This document shows, in pieces, positions 49,141-62,059 of a DNA stretch of 64,000 bases. This stretch comes from Ostrea edulis (taxonomy: Eukaryota). Where the stretch lies: positions 40,486,001-40,550,000 of the forward strand of contig NC_079172.1 in NCBI RefSeq assembly GCF_947568905.1, read 5' to 3'. The notes under the pieces were generated by a model. That model had not been told where the DNA came from. It made no database searches and saw only the letters and a list, made by a program, of their open reading frames with translations. Numbering within the stretch: position 1 is the stretch's first letter; each line of letters opens with the position of its first letter. The position numbers and the translations under genes are program-made.

Positions 49141-52100
49141 CTGATAGAGGTATAGGGCGGATAGAGCTGAGGAGGAGCACTGTCAACTCTCCCCGTCATC
49201 ATTTAAACAGCTATCCACACATTAGCTACAGATAGGTTAATATGTAATGACCATACAGAGGCAGTGAAATATCGGCCCACTTTAATGTTTCTGTTACATA
49301 CAAGTAAATTCAAGCTCGCTCCTATATGGTGTACAAACGAATATCATTTTATGTACCGGTACATGCATATTTAAATTTACTCCAAAATGCTACACTGTTG
49401 TAGTATACTAGTAGTTTTCTACTCGGTTTGCCAACACTTGTGTATACCCTCATAAGAGAGAGAGGTGATCTGTGCAGGCTTTTCGTAGACATCACAGGAA
49501 ACAGCCTGAGGTCATCCCTACTGAGGAGCGGATATTGTTAAGAGTACGGGCCAATTCTACAGGAAATTTCATTGTCGATGACACAACACGGTCTCATGAT
49601 GTTTATTGAAACTTTTCAGTTTTTAAATATAGGAGATGGTATACCGCGAATCTCTTCACATCGGTACATTGAATGGGGGACATTAGAAAATGTGAATTTA
49701 CTGTTTTATTTAAAATATCACGAGTGATGCAAGTTAATAAAAAAAAGTTTGTTACTTTTTTAAAAGCTTGCAACATACGTTAATCATCTTCTATCCGAGA
49801 TAAGAAATGCAATCGACACATTATAAGAATCTACTTCCTCTTTCATTTCTGATAACATGGTCAGATTTTAGAAATATAGGGATAACAACCCCAAACTCAT
49901 TGAAACAATGTAGCACTCATCCACCCCACCCCCACCCACCCCCCACCCCCCGAGAGAAAGAGTTCAGCATAACAGTATCCAGGACCCTGCGATGTACACA
50001 ACATGCACAATTGTAAATATACCAATCTAACTAAAGTTAGATCCACAGATCATATCTCAGATTTCAATATCGTATCATATGAATTAGATCGAGATTATAC
50101 AAAACTCATTGAAAAAGAATTAGCTCTGATACATCGGAAAAAGAAAAATCACGCTTAGATGCAGGAAGCATACATGTACATACAAAACTCATAGGAACAA
50201 TAGATCTTATCAGGTCCAGAACAGACAATATGTGGCACAATAGTGTCAGGGAATATAACGGTCGGATCTTTAAATACAGAAAGACACAAATAAATACTAC
50301 TAGGCCAATCTGTATATCAACCACCACCACCCCCCTTTTTTACAATTAATGATTAAACGTGAAGTACATGTATATCCTTCGACAGGATGCACAACTTTAG
50401 AATACTTGAAAGATATTTTCTATCAGATTTACAGGAAAAATGAGCTAACACAAAACCACAGTACATACCCTATATCGACATTCCGTCGCTCTGCTTTTAA
50501 ACTTCCCGTTTCGGGCTGATGAGCTCACAGATCACGTGGTTAAATCGAACTGGTAATACACAATACACGGAAGTCAATTATTTTAGACGTGTTTACAAAG
50601 CTCTTGTGATGTCAGGTAAATCAAACAGTGATTTAGTATACACGAGTAAAGCAGATATATACAATGAGCACTCATCAAACAAAAGTTTTTTTTAAAAAAA
50701 TAGACGGATAAAGATTGACTGAAATAGAAATGGCAATATGCTACTCTCACATTCGTGACTCTCCGTGATATTCACCACCCCTTGATATCCCGCCAACAGT
50801 TCTTAATGATTTAAATTTTTTAAACACATAGCTCTGTGTTCTCTATACAGGTACGTAGCAGGAAGAGTGGGTGTGTCCACAATGACAAACTGACAACGTA
50901 TTTCCCCCGTTAAGTTGAATTCATTGACTGGTTGGACACCCCACCCCCCCACCCCCACCCCCACACACACACACACACTTTTTATAGTAGTAAAAAGTAG
51001 CGGTAAAATGTATAGTTAAAGTATAAGTTTGAAGCGATGAATTAAATCCATGTAAACCGAGTATGTATTATGTAACAACACTATACATAGGCATCTTCTT
51101 TGGGATAAAAGTCATCTTACCTTATTTCATTCGTTCGGTTGTATTATGATTTTACATCCTAAAATAGTCATGTTATTGCGGAGTTTTCTTTTTCAGATCA
51201 GAGAATCATTGTCTGCTAGCCTGATCTAACGGCCAGCTATATACTTATCTTAATGCATTCTCTCTTTAAACTTTTTCTAAAAGATGTCTTTTTTTAATTT
51301 AACTTTTAAAATTATATTGCAGGTGACCAGAGAAAGAGAAGGAGACTTGCATAAATATACATAGTAACACGCAAAATAAAAATTAGAATTTGAAATTCTT
51401 TGTATTTCAGAATACGTCTGTATATTTGGTGTGATGAGTTCTTTAACAGAGGAAACTTTATATTTTCATATTTTAGACAGAGTCGTCCCCCTTCCTCTGT
51501 GTCCCCCTATGCGCTTTCTGCATATCCGTTTGTTGAGGAAGAAATTGTCCCTTAATTTTTTTAAAGTACGTACTATCGTTGTTTTAGTTATTCAAAGAAT
51601 AAATTCAGAACCAAAGCATTTTATTATAAACAATTCACTGGGTGTTTTTTTTTAAGTGCTATTTACAATAAGTAATTCAATATAACACTTTGCTGTAAAA
51701 TTTATTCCTTATAATCTAATTTACTACTGATAAATATACTTTGATAAAAAAAAATTTCAATGATTGAAATTCTAAAAGTTTTTCAAGCGTTAATTGACGT
51801 CACAATGCGTATATCATATACTGTAAAATAAAGTATGTCTCTAAACAAATCATATATACTGCATTCAATCAATTTTTTTTTAAATTTGTAACCACACAGG
51901 GCGGGAATATTTGCTGAATATATGATGATATTTTCCTCACTCAGTTCGATGAAATTCTGTTGTCAGGTTATACAATGTATATGATGATATTTTCCTCACT
52001 CAGTTCGATGAAATTCTGTTGTCAGGTTATACAATGTATATGGAACACACACACACATCCCTCCTTTTTTTTAAGAGGAGGAGGAAAATTCCGTCTTCGC

Positions 52101-53003
52101 ACAATAGGCACCCTTTTGTGAAAACAATCTATAGATTTATATAAATCTTTAATCTACACCATCTTTACATTATCTTTGAATGAACACCGAATCTCCCCTC
52201 TTGACAGCGGAATTTTTAAGTGTAATCGATCATTATGATCGATTGCTACGCCATTACCCATCGGAGCAATATTACTTTGTTTACGCGTTGTAGCCATCTC
52301 GTTACATTTTGTTGCTGGAGAAATTGGAATCGGTTGTCATGGTAATACATTTTCGCGCATGATCAGCGAGCTGACGTTCATCGCCGTCTGCAGTACAAGT
52401 ATTCGGCACTGTTGATTTTCTTCTTATTTTTTTTTTAGTTTCTTGGATATTACATCATCGGATGTGTATATAATGGAATTCCAGTTTTTCTTTTGAGAAT
52501 GATTATTGCTATGCCGTATGTTTTCACTGAAAATAACGGTAAGTACGTCCATATCCTACGTGACATTCACCGAAGTATGTATCGATTTCAAGAATTCTTT
52601 TAAAAAGGAAATCGACAGCGTACATCTTTTCAATGTTTTGATTTTGTTATAACTGCTTGAAATAAATATGTACATTGTATATATCATATATCTCTATATA
52701 TATCGGGGTTGGTTCCATGAGCATCAGAAAGAAATAAAGAAAACCCAGCGTTTCCAGTCAGTATGAGTTAAGCGATATAAATAGGACATGATAGCTACGT
52801 TCGCAGACTCTAGGCAATGAGAAACTAACTCTCACGTACCACATCAGATTAAGATACCACAGTTACTAGGGTCTTTGTTTTATTGAATTTTAATATCAGC
52901 GTGGATTCTAAAAGACATAGAGTATTACTTTTAGTTATCGAACTTCGATATCTTACGAATGTCACCGAAGCAAATGTGTACACATACAACTTCGATGGAT
53001 CAC

Positions 53004-53054
<51 letters not shown>

Positions 53055-54060
53055 TGGCATATTTTATTTTAATAATGATGGGAGGTGACATGGAAGTTAA
53101 TTTTTATGGGTGGGGTGTAATTTTCTTATTCTAATGTTGGTATTTACACTAATTCACGAAATTATATATTGTCGCAAGATTATATATTACTATTCTGAAG
53201 TTTGTAAAAAATTAAATTTAAAAAGGATAACCTACATCCGGTATCAGACAAACGCAGTAAACCATGGAAGATGATGTAACGCCTTCTAAAATGGTTCATG
53301 ATGAAGGCTGTAAAAAACCATTACCATGCATTATAACTGCATGAGAGTAATTAAGTATGATAAAGAGAGGAAATGGGCTGGTTGTTTGAATAGCATATAT
53401 ATAAATTATTCCTCTCTCACCTGATGGTATCTAGGCATTTGTAATTTACCGGCAGGTGGTTTCTGATAACTATTGGAAATTCAATGGAATATCGGGATTA
53501 ATATTTCATAAATTGATCCCACAATTTGACAGAAATTTATGTGCACATGACTATCTTTGTTCACAATCAATAAAAGAAATAGTTAAGTATAACTGAATTT
53601 GTTAATCATCTGTCTTATCGAAAGCGTATCTGGGATGGGGAGTGATATTGTGTTATAATATTTCCCTTTTGTCTTTCGCCATGAAACCAGACTAAACGAG
53701 TTCTTGAGATGAAACTTGTATGCTTGTATGCGAGATAAGTCCAATAAAAAGATTCGAATCAATAAGATTATATTCATATTCAATAGGTTTTGCCCCTTAT
53801 CCACTCTGCCGTATAGTTTTATCAATGATGCGAGAAGCAGTTGATATTACTTGACACGATACCAGACCTTGATCTGGGAAGCCACGTGTCAACTGCTGCA
53901 ATATTGAAAAAGAAAGGTGTCCATTTTTCTTGTTTTAAGTTATAAGTAAAACCAAAACCCTGCTGTAAATTTCTAGAAATAATTTATAATGACTTTCCCC
54001 TAGAAATAATTTACAATGACTTTCCCGCCAATCAAATCATGTTACGACCTGTCTGTGCCG

Positions 54061-54327
54061 TTTCATTTCGTGCTCTTACTGTATTACGTCCCTCTCGAGA
54101 ATATTTCACTCATGGATACTTCACCATTGCCGGTTAAGGGCTGCAAAATTTAGGCATTTACTCGGCGCTTAAGTTATGGCCTTTAAACAGGGAGGAATCT
54201 TTATCGTGCCACACCTGCTGTGACACGGGACCTAGGTTTTTGCGGTCTCATCCGAAGGACCGCCCATTTAGTCGCCTCTTTCGACATGCAAGGAGTACTG
54301 AGGATCTGTTCTAACCCGGATCCACAC
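54061..54327 (-). mobile_element. 5'-truncated SINE (Meta-domain bivalve family, by recall)
   Basis: Reverse complement reads GGTCCTTCGGATGAGACCGCAAAACCTAGGTCCCGTGTCACAGCAGGTGTGGCACGATAAAG...GAGTGAAATATTCTCGAGAGGGACGTAA. Tail resembles the SINE at 27510-27804. Confidence 0.65.
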
Positions 54328-55065
54328 TGTATCTTATAGACTTTTTTAAAAATAACAAAAAGCGTTACACAATCACCTTTAAGTTGGTGTTGAGGTAAAC
54401 ATATCCACACGTGTTGTCATTTTTCTACACTGCGGGCGAACGTCATGTCCCCGACAATGATAATAAATCCACACTTCATTGCTAAATCATAATATATATT
54501 TGAGTGTAGAAGTGTTAAATTTCCATAATATGCAAAATTCAAATGTTAATTTATTACAAATAATGGAAGAAATAAGATCAGTATAATAAATATAATGATA
54601 AAATACATTTATAGAGCGCCTTACCTAAAAAGTACTCTAAAGTAAAGTGTATTCCATATTAATGCACGGAACAAATATTTTCGCGTAAATTCACAAGATG
54701 TGTTTAGCCTTGCTATGGAGAGGAATCGCGAATTAGTATTATCCCAAGAACAGTTAAGAAATCTTATAAGTACTCATCTATCAAATATACATCTAACCAC
54801 AGCAAAAATGTCTGTAGTATAACTTTAATATACTCAAGCTCGTTAAAACTAAGAAGTTTTCTTCATGTCCACGCATATTGAAAATATGAAATTAATTTTG
54901 TGTACCCCAATACATTAAATTGCTGGTGCCTATTTGGACAGTCGGTGCATAAAGTGGTTCATTATCCAGAAAATCGACCGTGCCTAGTGTATTTAAGCAC
55001 ACGGAGCATCAATATTGACACAATGCCTGTACATTTCAGTGACCCATTGACCAGTGATGTAGAAG

Positions 55066-58000
55066 ATGAGACTGCCTGAACCTGCACACTGTGTATTGGC
55101 TATATTTACAGGACTGGCTCTCTGTCCCTACAATGGTAAGGAGGTATTCTCTACTTTTACTGTAAAAAAAACCCAAAAAACAGAAATATCATTTTACACC
55201 CATTCTCCTTTTTGAGGTTACCTGCAATCTACTCCTTGGTGTACTTTTTCTCTCTTCATTTTATGCACACACTTCAGATAAACAACCGTAATTTTTTTTA
55301 AAAATGTATGACATTGGAATGTTAAGAAAGAGGCCCACGGACCATACCGCTCACCTGAGTCATCTTGTTTATACACAGATCCCGACCACAGCTATCGCTT
55401 GGAGACCTAATTACTATATATATAAGAGTATATACTGACAGGCTACTGACAAACAAGTTGATGGTGCAGGGGTTCCAACAGTCTCGTTTAAAGTCAGCAT
55501 TTCGCAAATTATATGGTCGTTATAACGATCTAGTTTGCCAGTACAACCTATCCTTGGGTCAAATGTTGTCTGACGTGTTTCCTACCGATTGTTATGCCGT
55601 TCTTGGCACACTGATTTTGACTACGGATAACTCCGTTTACCTGATCAAGATAAAGGGCTCACGGCGGGTGTGACCGGTCGACGGGGAATGCTTGCTCCTC
55701 CTATGCACCTGATCCCACCTCTGGTATATCTAGAGGTCCGTGTTTGCCCAACTCTCTATTCTGTATTGCTTATAGGAGTTATGAGATTGATCACTGTTCA
55801 TTATCTTCACATTTCATGAGTACTTATATATAGTAATTAGACCTCCAAGCGATAGAAGTGCCTGTGATCCCGATACAAATGTATTTGAAACCCTTTAAAT
55901 GTATCGCCATTTATGTTCTATGATCACATTGTGTAAAACAAACTTGAATGTATACTATATGAGGATGTTTGCATATTGATTGGCATAATGTATCAACTAG
56001 TTATTGAAAGAATTTAAATTAACCCTTTATATTCCTAATTAAAACTTACAAACTTGAGTCCACACTACACAAGGCTATGAAGTGAAAATTGATATGATAA
56101 AATGCAGACTTGTCATGTTTGAAAAGAACATGTCAATATGTATTTCCTATACCGTATACTCGAATAGAAAAAAATTCAAACCCGTAGTATGGTCATCTTT
56201 TTTGATAAACCTGAACTTATACTACATGGGGATAATTACAAACCAACACATTTTCGACTTGTTGTTAAGAAGATTATTTTCAAAAAATTCTTCCTGTACA
56301 TACCTATGTAAAAGCGATACCCCTAACCGTTGTCCCACCCTAGCCCAAAGAGTTTTCGTTTGAACAAATAATCTTCATTATAGAAAGAAAAATTCATCCA
56401 ATTTTTTTATTTTTCCGGAATTGTGGTTCTCACCAAAACAATTTTTGAAATGCCTCATACTATATTAACTATTTTCTAAATATCTCCCAGGAAGACGATA
56501 TATCTCTTCATTCTAACACATTTAATCCCCTTCAAGCAATGATACATGCACTTTATGTCAAGTTTGGTTGAAATTAGCCAAGTGGTTCTCGAAACGAAGT
56601 CGAAAATGTGAAAAGTTTATTACAACGACGACGCCAACGGACGGCAAAGTTTGATCAGAAAGTTAAGGCTGCGCCGACTATGCGTACATGACATTGATTT
56701 ATGAAACTTAAAAAATGATATACATTATGTATGGTATCCATATTAATTTTATGTTGCTAATACGGTATAATTATGTCTCCCCTCTTTCGGGGGGAGGGGG
56801 CATATTGTTTTTGTACTTTCTGTCCGTCCGTCTGTCTGTCACAAAATCTTGTGAACACTTCTCCTCCTATATGCCTTATCAGATAGACTTGCAACTTTGT
56901 ACAGTGCTTCAAACTTTGTACAATGTTTCATTGCCATTTTTAGGCATGCATATAAGGAAGATTACAAACTGTAAATATAGGAAAGATTACAAACTGTAAA
57001 TATAAAGAAGATTACAAAGTGTAAATATAAGGAAGATTACAAAGTGTAAATATAAGGAAGATTACAAACTGTAAATATAGGAAGATTACAAACTGTAAAT
57101 ATAAGGAAGATTACAAAGTGTAAATATAAGGAAGATTACAAAGTGTAAATATAAGGAAGATTACAAAGTGTAAATATAGGGAAGATTACCAAATGTAAAT
57201 ATAAGGAAGATTACAAACTGTAAATATAGGGAAGATTACAAACTGTAAATATAGGAAGATTACAAACTGTAAATATAAGGAAGATTACAAACTGTAAATA
57301 TAGGGAAGATTGCAAAGTGTAAATGTAAGGAAGGTTACAAAGTGTAAATATAAGGAAGATTAAAAACAGTAAATATAGGAAGATTACAAAGTGTAAATAT
57401 AGGAAGATTACAACGTGTAAATATAAGGAAGATTACAAAGTGTAAATATAGGGAAGATTACAAACAGTAAATATAGGAAGATTACAAACTATAAATATAA
57501 GGAAGATTACAAACTGTAAATATATGAAGATTACAAAGTGTAAATATAAGGAAGATTACAAACTGTATATATAAGGAAGATTACAAAGTGTAAATATAGG
57601 GAAGATTACAAAGTATAAATGTAAGGAATATTACAAACTGTAAATATAAGGAAGATTACAAACTGTAAATATAGGGAAGGTTACAAAGTGTAAATACATG
57701 TATAAGGAAAATATAAGGAAGATAACAAAATGTAAATATAAGGAAAATATAGGGAAGATTACAAACTGTAAATATAAGGAAGATTACAAAGTGTAAATAT
57801 AAAGAAAATATAAGGAAGAGTACAAACTGGAAATGTAAGGAAGATTACAAACTGTAAATGTAGGAAGATTACAAAGTGTAAATATAGGAAGATTACAAAG
57901 TGTAAATATAAGGAAGATTACAAACTGTAAATATAAGGAAGATTACAAACTGTAAATATAAGGAAGATTACAAAGTGTAAATATAGGAAGATTACAAAGT

Positions 58001-59440
58001 GTAAATATAAGGAAGATTACGAACTGTAAATATAGGAAGATTACAAAGTGTAAATATAAGGAAGATTACGAACTGTAAATATAGGAAGATTACAAAGTGT
58101 AAATATAAGGAAGATTACAAACTGTAAATATAAGGAAGGTTACAAACTGTAAATATAGGAAGATTACAAAGTGTAAATATAAGGAAGATTACAAAGTGTA
58201 AATGTAAGAAAGATTACAAAGTGTAAATATAGGGAAAATTGCAAAGTGTAAATATAAGGAAAATATGGGGAAGATTACAAAGTGTAAATATAAGAAACAT
58301 TACAAAGTGTAAATATAGGAAGATTACAAAGTGTAAATATAAGGAAGATTACAAACTGTAAATATAAGGAAGAGTACAAATTGTAAATTTAAGGATAATA
58401 TAGGGAAGATTACAAACTGTAAATATAAGGATGATTACAAGCTATATAAGGAAGATTACAAACTGTAAATAAAAGGAAGATTACAAACAGTAAACATAGG
58501 AAGATTACAAACTGTAAAAAAAGGAAGATTACAAACTGTAAATATAAGGAAGATTACAAACTGTAAATTTAAGGAAGATTAGAAACTGTAAATATAAGGA
58601 TGATTACAAGCTATATAAGGAAGATTACAAACTGTAAATAAAAGGAAGATTACAAACAGTAAACATACGAAGATTACAAAGTGTAAATAAAAGGAAGATT
58701 ACAAACTGTAAATATAAGGAAGATTACAAAGTGTAAATTCAAGGAAGATTACAAACTGTAAATATAAGGAAGATTACAAACTGTAAATATGAGGAAGATT
58801 ACAAACTGTAAATATGAGGAAGATTACAAACTGTAAATTTAAGGAAAATATAGGGAAGATTACAAACTGTAAATATAAGGGAGATTACGAAGTGTAAATA
58901 TAAGGAAGATTACAAACAATTGTAAATATGAAGAAGGTTACATACTATATAAGGAAGATTACGAACTGTGAATATAAGGAAGATTACAAACAGTAAATAT
59001 AGGAAGATTACAAACTGTAAATATAAGGAAGATTACAAACTGTAAATATAGGAAGATTACAAACTGTAAATATAAGGAAGATTACAAAGTGTAAATATAA
59101 GGAAGATTTCAAACTGTAAATATGAGGAAGAAATCGTAAATCTATTTAAAGGAGGACATATTCATTTCTTGTCTGTACAAAAGCATTTACTCCATGAATG
59201 GACATGTGCATAATAATATAACCAAGACCTGCAAAATGTCTAAAAGAAAAATATTTCGTGCTCTTTCAGCAAATGCCATCGGCTGCTTCGTTTGCACTTC
59301 GCTCAACAGAGGAAACAAAGGTTGCGAGGACACTTTCAATAACACCGGGAAATACTACAGGTCCGACTGCCAGGCGAACCGAGACGGACGGATAGGAACA
59401 TTTCCCGCCACTCAGTGTATCAAAATGGTGGCAGAAGACG
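55066..59440 (+). CDS. Quiver/sleepless-like Ly6/uPAR three-finger protein (3'-partial)
   Basis: Coding exons 55066-55135 and 59270-59440 (phase 1/1) give MRLPEPAHCVLAIFTGLALCPYNANA|IGCFVCTSLNRGNKGCEDTFNNTGKYYRSDCQANRDGRIGTFPATQCIKMVAED. This is a signal peptide followed by the CxxC...CED.F...C...FPAT.CIK pattern. A probable non-coding first exon ends at 52538 (G|GTAAGT). No further exons were found before 64000. Confidence 0.78.
55322..56665 (-). mobile_element. HINE/Cg170-type element interrupted by a Penelope-like fragment
   Basis: One end AAGAGGCCCACGGACCATACCGCTCACCTGAG; the other AAGTTTGGTTGAAATTAGCCAAGTGGTTCTC...ACGACGACGCCAACGGACGG...GATCAGAAAG. Both are typical of oyster HINEs as recalled. 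Confidence 0.5.
55435..55817 (+). mobile_element. 3' fragment of a Penelope-like element (RT C-terminus plus terminal repeat)
   Basis: DRLLTNKLMVQGFQQSRLKSAFRKLYGRYNDLVCQY, colinear with 33980-34470. Confidence 0.8.
56771..59172 (+). mobile_element. HINE-type element whose centre is a 2.2-kb 24-25-bp satellite
   Basis: 5' hairpin TTATGTCTCCCC...GGGGAGGGGGCATA, (GTCY)n microsatellite, then ~85-90 copies of GGAAGATTACAAA(C/G)TGTAAATATAA (~56952-59130). Ends with subterminal GGAGGACATA and CTTGT. Confidence 0.75.
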
Positions 59441-61228
59441 GTAAGTGTCAGATCACCGGTTTTGGTTTCGTAACCTGTAATGGAACATGTATTGCCGATT
59501 GGCGAATTCTGTAACGTAAATATTAGGCATTGCGGAGTGTGCGGGTGACTTTACCGGACGGCAACGCAACGTTTATGGAAAACACACTACGTGATGTGTG
59601 GTGTTCAAGATCCAGTAATAAATCTTGTTTGTTGACTTGTATCTAAAGAAAAGTTATACAAGCATCAGATCAGTTAGGAATTAATTATACAATGGAAAGC
59701 ATAATAGAAGTGCATGTCAAATTGCTTTAGTTGCAACGGAAAATATCAGTACTTTATAGCAAGCTAGGTGTTATGTATGGTATCCTACCTACAATCCACC
59801 AATTTTTGTGTATTGTATAAACTTTGTATCAAATGAAAGATAATCAATATTCAAAGTTTTCAGAATTGATAAGATAAATATGAACTATATAAATAAAAAT
59901 ACAAGTCAGTTACAATAACTTCCAAAGCAAGCTGATGGTGAAAAGGTTTATATTACTGTGGTCTTTCAAAACATGCAAAGAGAAGCATAAGTCGCCATAC
60001 AAAGTATGAAGAAATTCATTTCCCCCTAAATTTCTACAAGGGGAAATAACTTCGATAAAAAATTCAAACTACTAATCTTTATCATGTAAAATAGAGGCAT
60101 TTTATTTTTACGCAAAATTGAATGCTACAGATATCATACTTTTGTTAAAAACAAAACAAACAAAAAACAAACAAAAAAAACAACAACAACAAAAAAATAA
60201 TAATAAACGCCGTTTTGGATCGGATATCTTGATTTTTTGGTATAAAACAACTTCAGGACAACTCTGCAACAATCCCATCTTCCACTCGTCAAGGTTTCTG
60301 ATCAATACGCCACTCTTTGTAAAGAGGATAGCGTATCAGAAAACTTTTGGCTCGAGCTATGTCCATATCCCTTACCTTATCACCGTAGCGCTATCCCCCA
60401 ACATTAGCTAACTACCCTGACTGTTGACTACAGTTCGTGGGTTTTCCTGCTGTGCACAGTAGAAAAATTGATTTGCTGAATATGTATGTTACATGTCTCT
60501 GGTTAGAGAAGGAATTGATTTGTTGCGATAATTCTGCTTTGGCAATTTACACTGGTAACAAGCGCAAAGCATCTGTTTCGAAAGGGAGGGGTGTGCTGTA
60601 GGAGGAGGAGACAATTTCACAATTGTCTAAAATTCTGGTCACACCCCCTTTCAACTTCAATACGAAAGAAAGAAGATAGGGAGAAATGGGGGCATCTTTC
60701 ACTACATTGGTTCTCTTCAGTAATTCAAGCTTACATCCTTACCATTCAATGCTGTATTACAAAACAAGAAGCCCATGGGCGACACCATGGTCATGCTGTT
60801 GTGATTTTTACAAGATTTTATTAAATCTCTATTCCAACGAAGAATTTTGATCCAATGTTATACTAGCCCTAACCTAGCCCTAAAGGGTCATGACATAATC
60901 AAACTCGAATTCACACAACATGGGGATACCTCAATACTAATGTGACTGATATGATCTTGCTGTTCTGGAGAAGATCAAGATCACAGGTCATAGGATGAAA
61001 TGGGAAGTCTAGCCAAAAGAAATCTATACACAAAGTATGAAAGCTCTACCTTACACATTTAAGGAAATATCAAGTTGAATAGGTTAGGTTTCTTAGAAGT
61101 AGGTCATACATCAAAATCACAAGATTAAAAACTTTCAAATTGGTTTTGTAAAAAGGGTCTTGTCACAAGGAAATTAATGCACATTCGAAATATGACAGCT
61201 TTGTCGCTTACTATTAAAAAGTTATGAG

Positions 61229-61320
61229 CACAGGCAATTGCATAGCTTGGGGTCGAATTTACTATATAAAGAGTACTATTTATATAGTAAATTCGACCCC
61301 AAGTGAAGCAATTGCCTGTG
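61229..61320. mobile_element. 92-bp palindromic element with 8-9-bp flanking direct repeat
   Basis: CACAGGCAATTGC..CTTGGGGTCGAATTTACTATATA-AAGAGTACTATT-TATATAGTAAATTCGACCCCAAG..GCAATTGCCTGTG. GTTATGAG(C) at 61221-61229 and 61321-61329. Confidence 0.8.
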
Positions 61321-62059
61321 GTTATGAGCGAACAACTTAGGAACAGATCAAGTGTGATCCTGCTACTCTTCAAAAGAATTTGTTTTAATTACTAGTAATT
61401 TCATGTATATTTTGATACACACATATTTAAATAACAAAATGCTTTCTTTGCTTTGATTATTGGAATATGAAGGTCACTGACAATATTGCAGAAAAATTCA
61501 GAACCTGTGTTAGCAGGCTATGCAAATTTTTCTGCAATGTTTGCAATCATCATCTCTCATTTAATTAACAATTAAACTAAAGAAAGGCATTTTATTATTC
61601 ACATTTTTCTGTATCTATCAATAACATAAAACATCGATATTATTAATTGATATTAATCCAAAAGTAATTTAAATCTAACTGTTGAAAATCACCTGACCTT
61701 GACTTGTTCTACATTCAAAATAAAAGGTAAAAGATAATCAGCAAACATGCTTTCCAACAATTTCAACAGTGCTACAAATAGGTCGCGCAGTTCATGGAAT
61801 GTGTATATACTCACATGCAGACAGACGGCACTATAATAATCAGATTTCAGTAAATTGAAACAAATTGCAATCTGACTACAGTACAGACCTACATGTATAT
61901 CATAAATACGTGTATATATTTATGATATTATAGATCTGTACTTTAGTCAGATTGAACAAACTCTGTGTCTTCTTACATGTACAATTTGTAGTTGCAAATG
62001 ACAATCAATGGATTTCGATAGAAATTAAGCAGAATACACACAGTGGATGTAAATAAAAA

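Noticed and set aside
48627-49202. Overlapping 110-169-aa ORFs on both strands
   Set aside because: Artefacts of a purine-rich low-complexity repeat.
60257-60411. Possible next exon of the Ly6 gene (CAG|GACAACTCTGC...)
   Set aside because: Translation lacks the remaining Ly6 cysteines, the terminal CN motif and a GPI-type tail.
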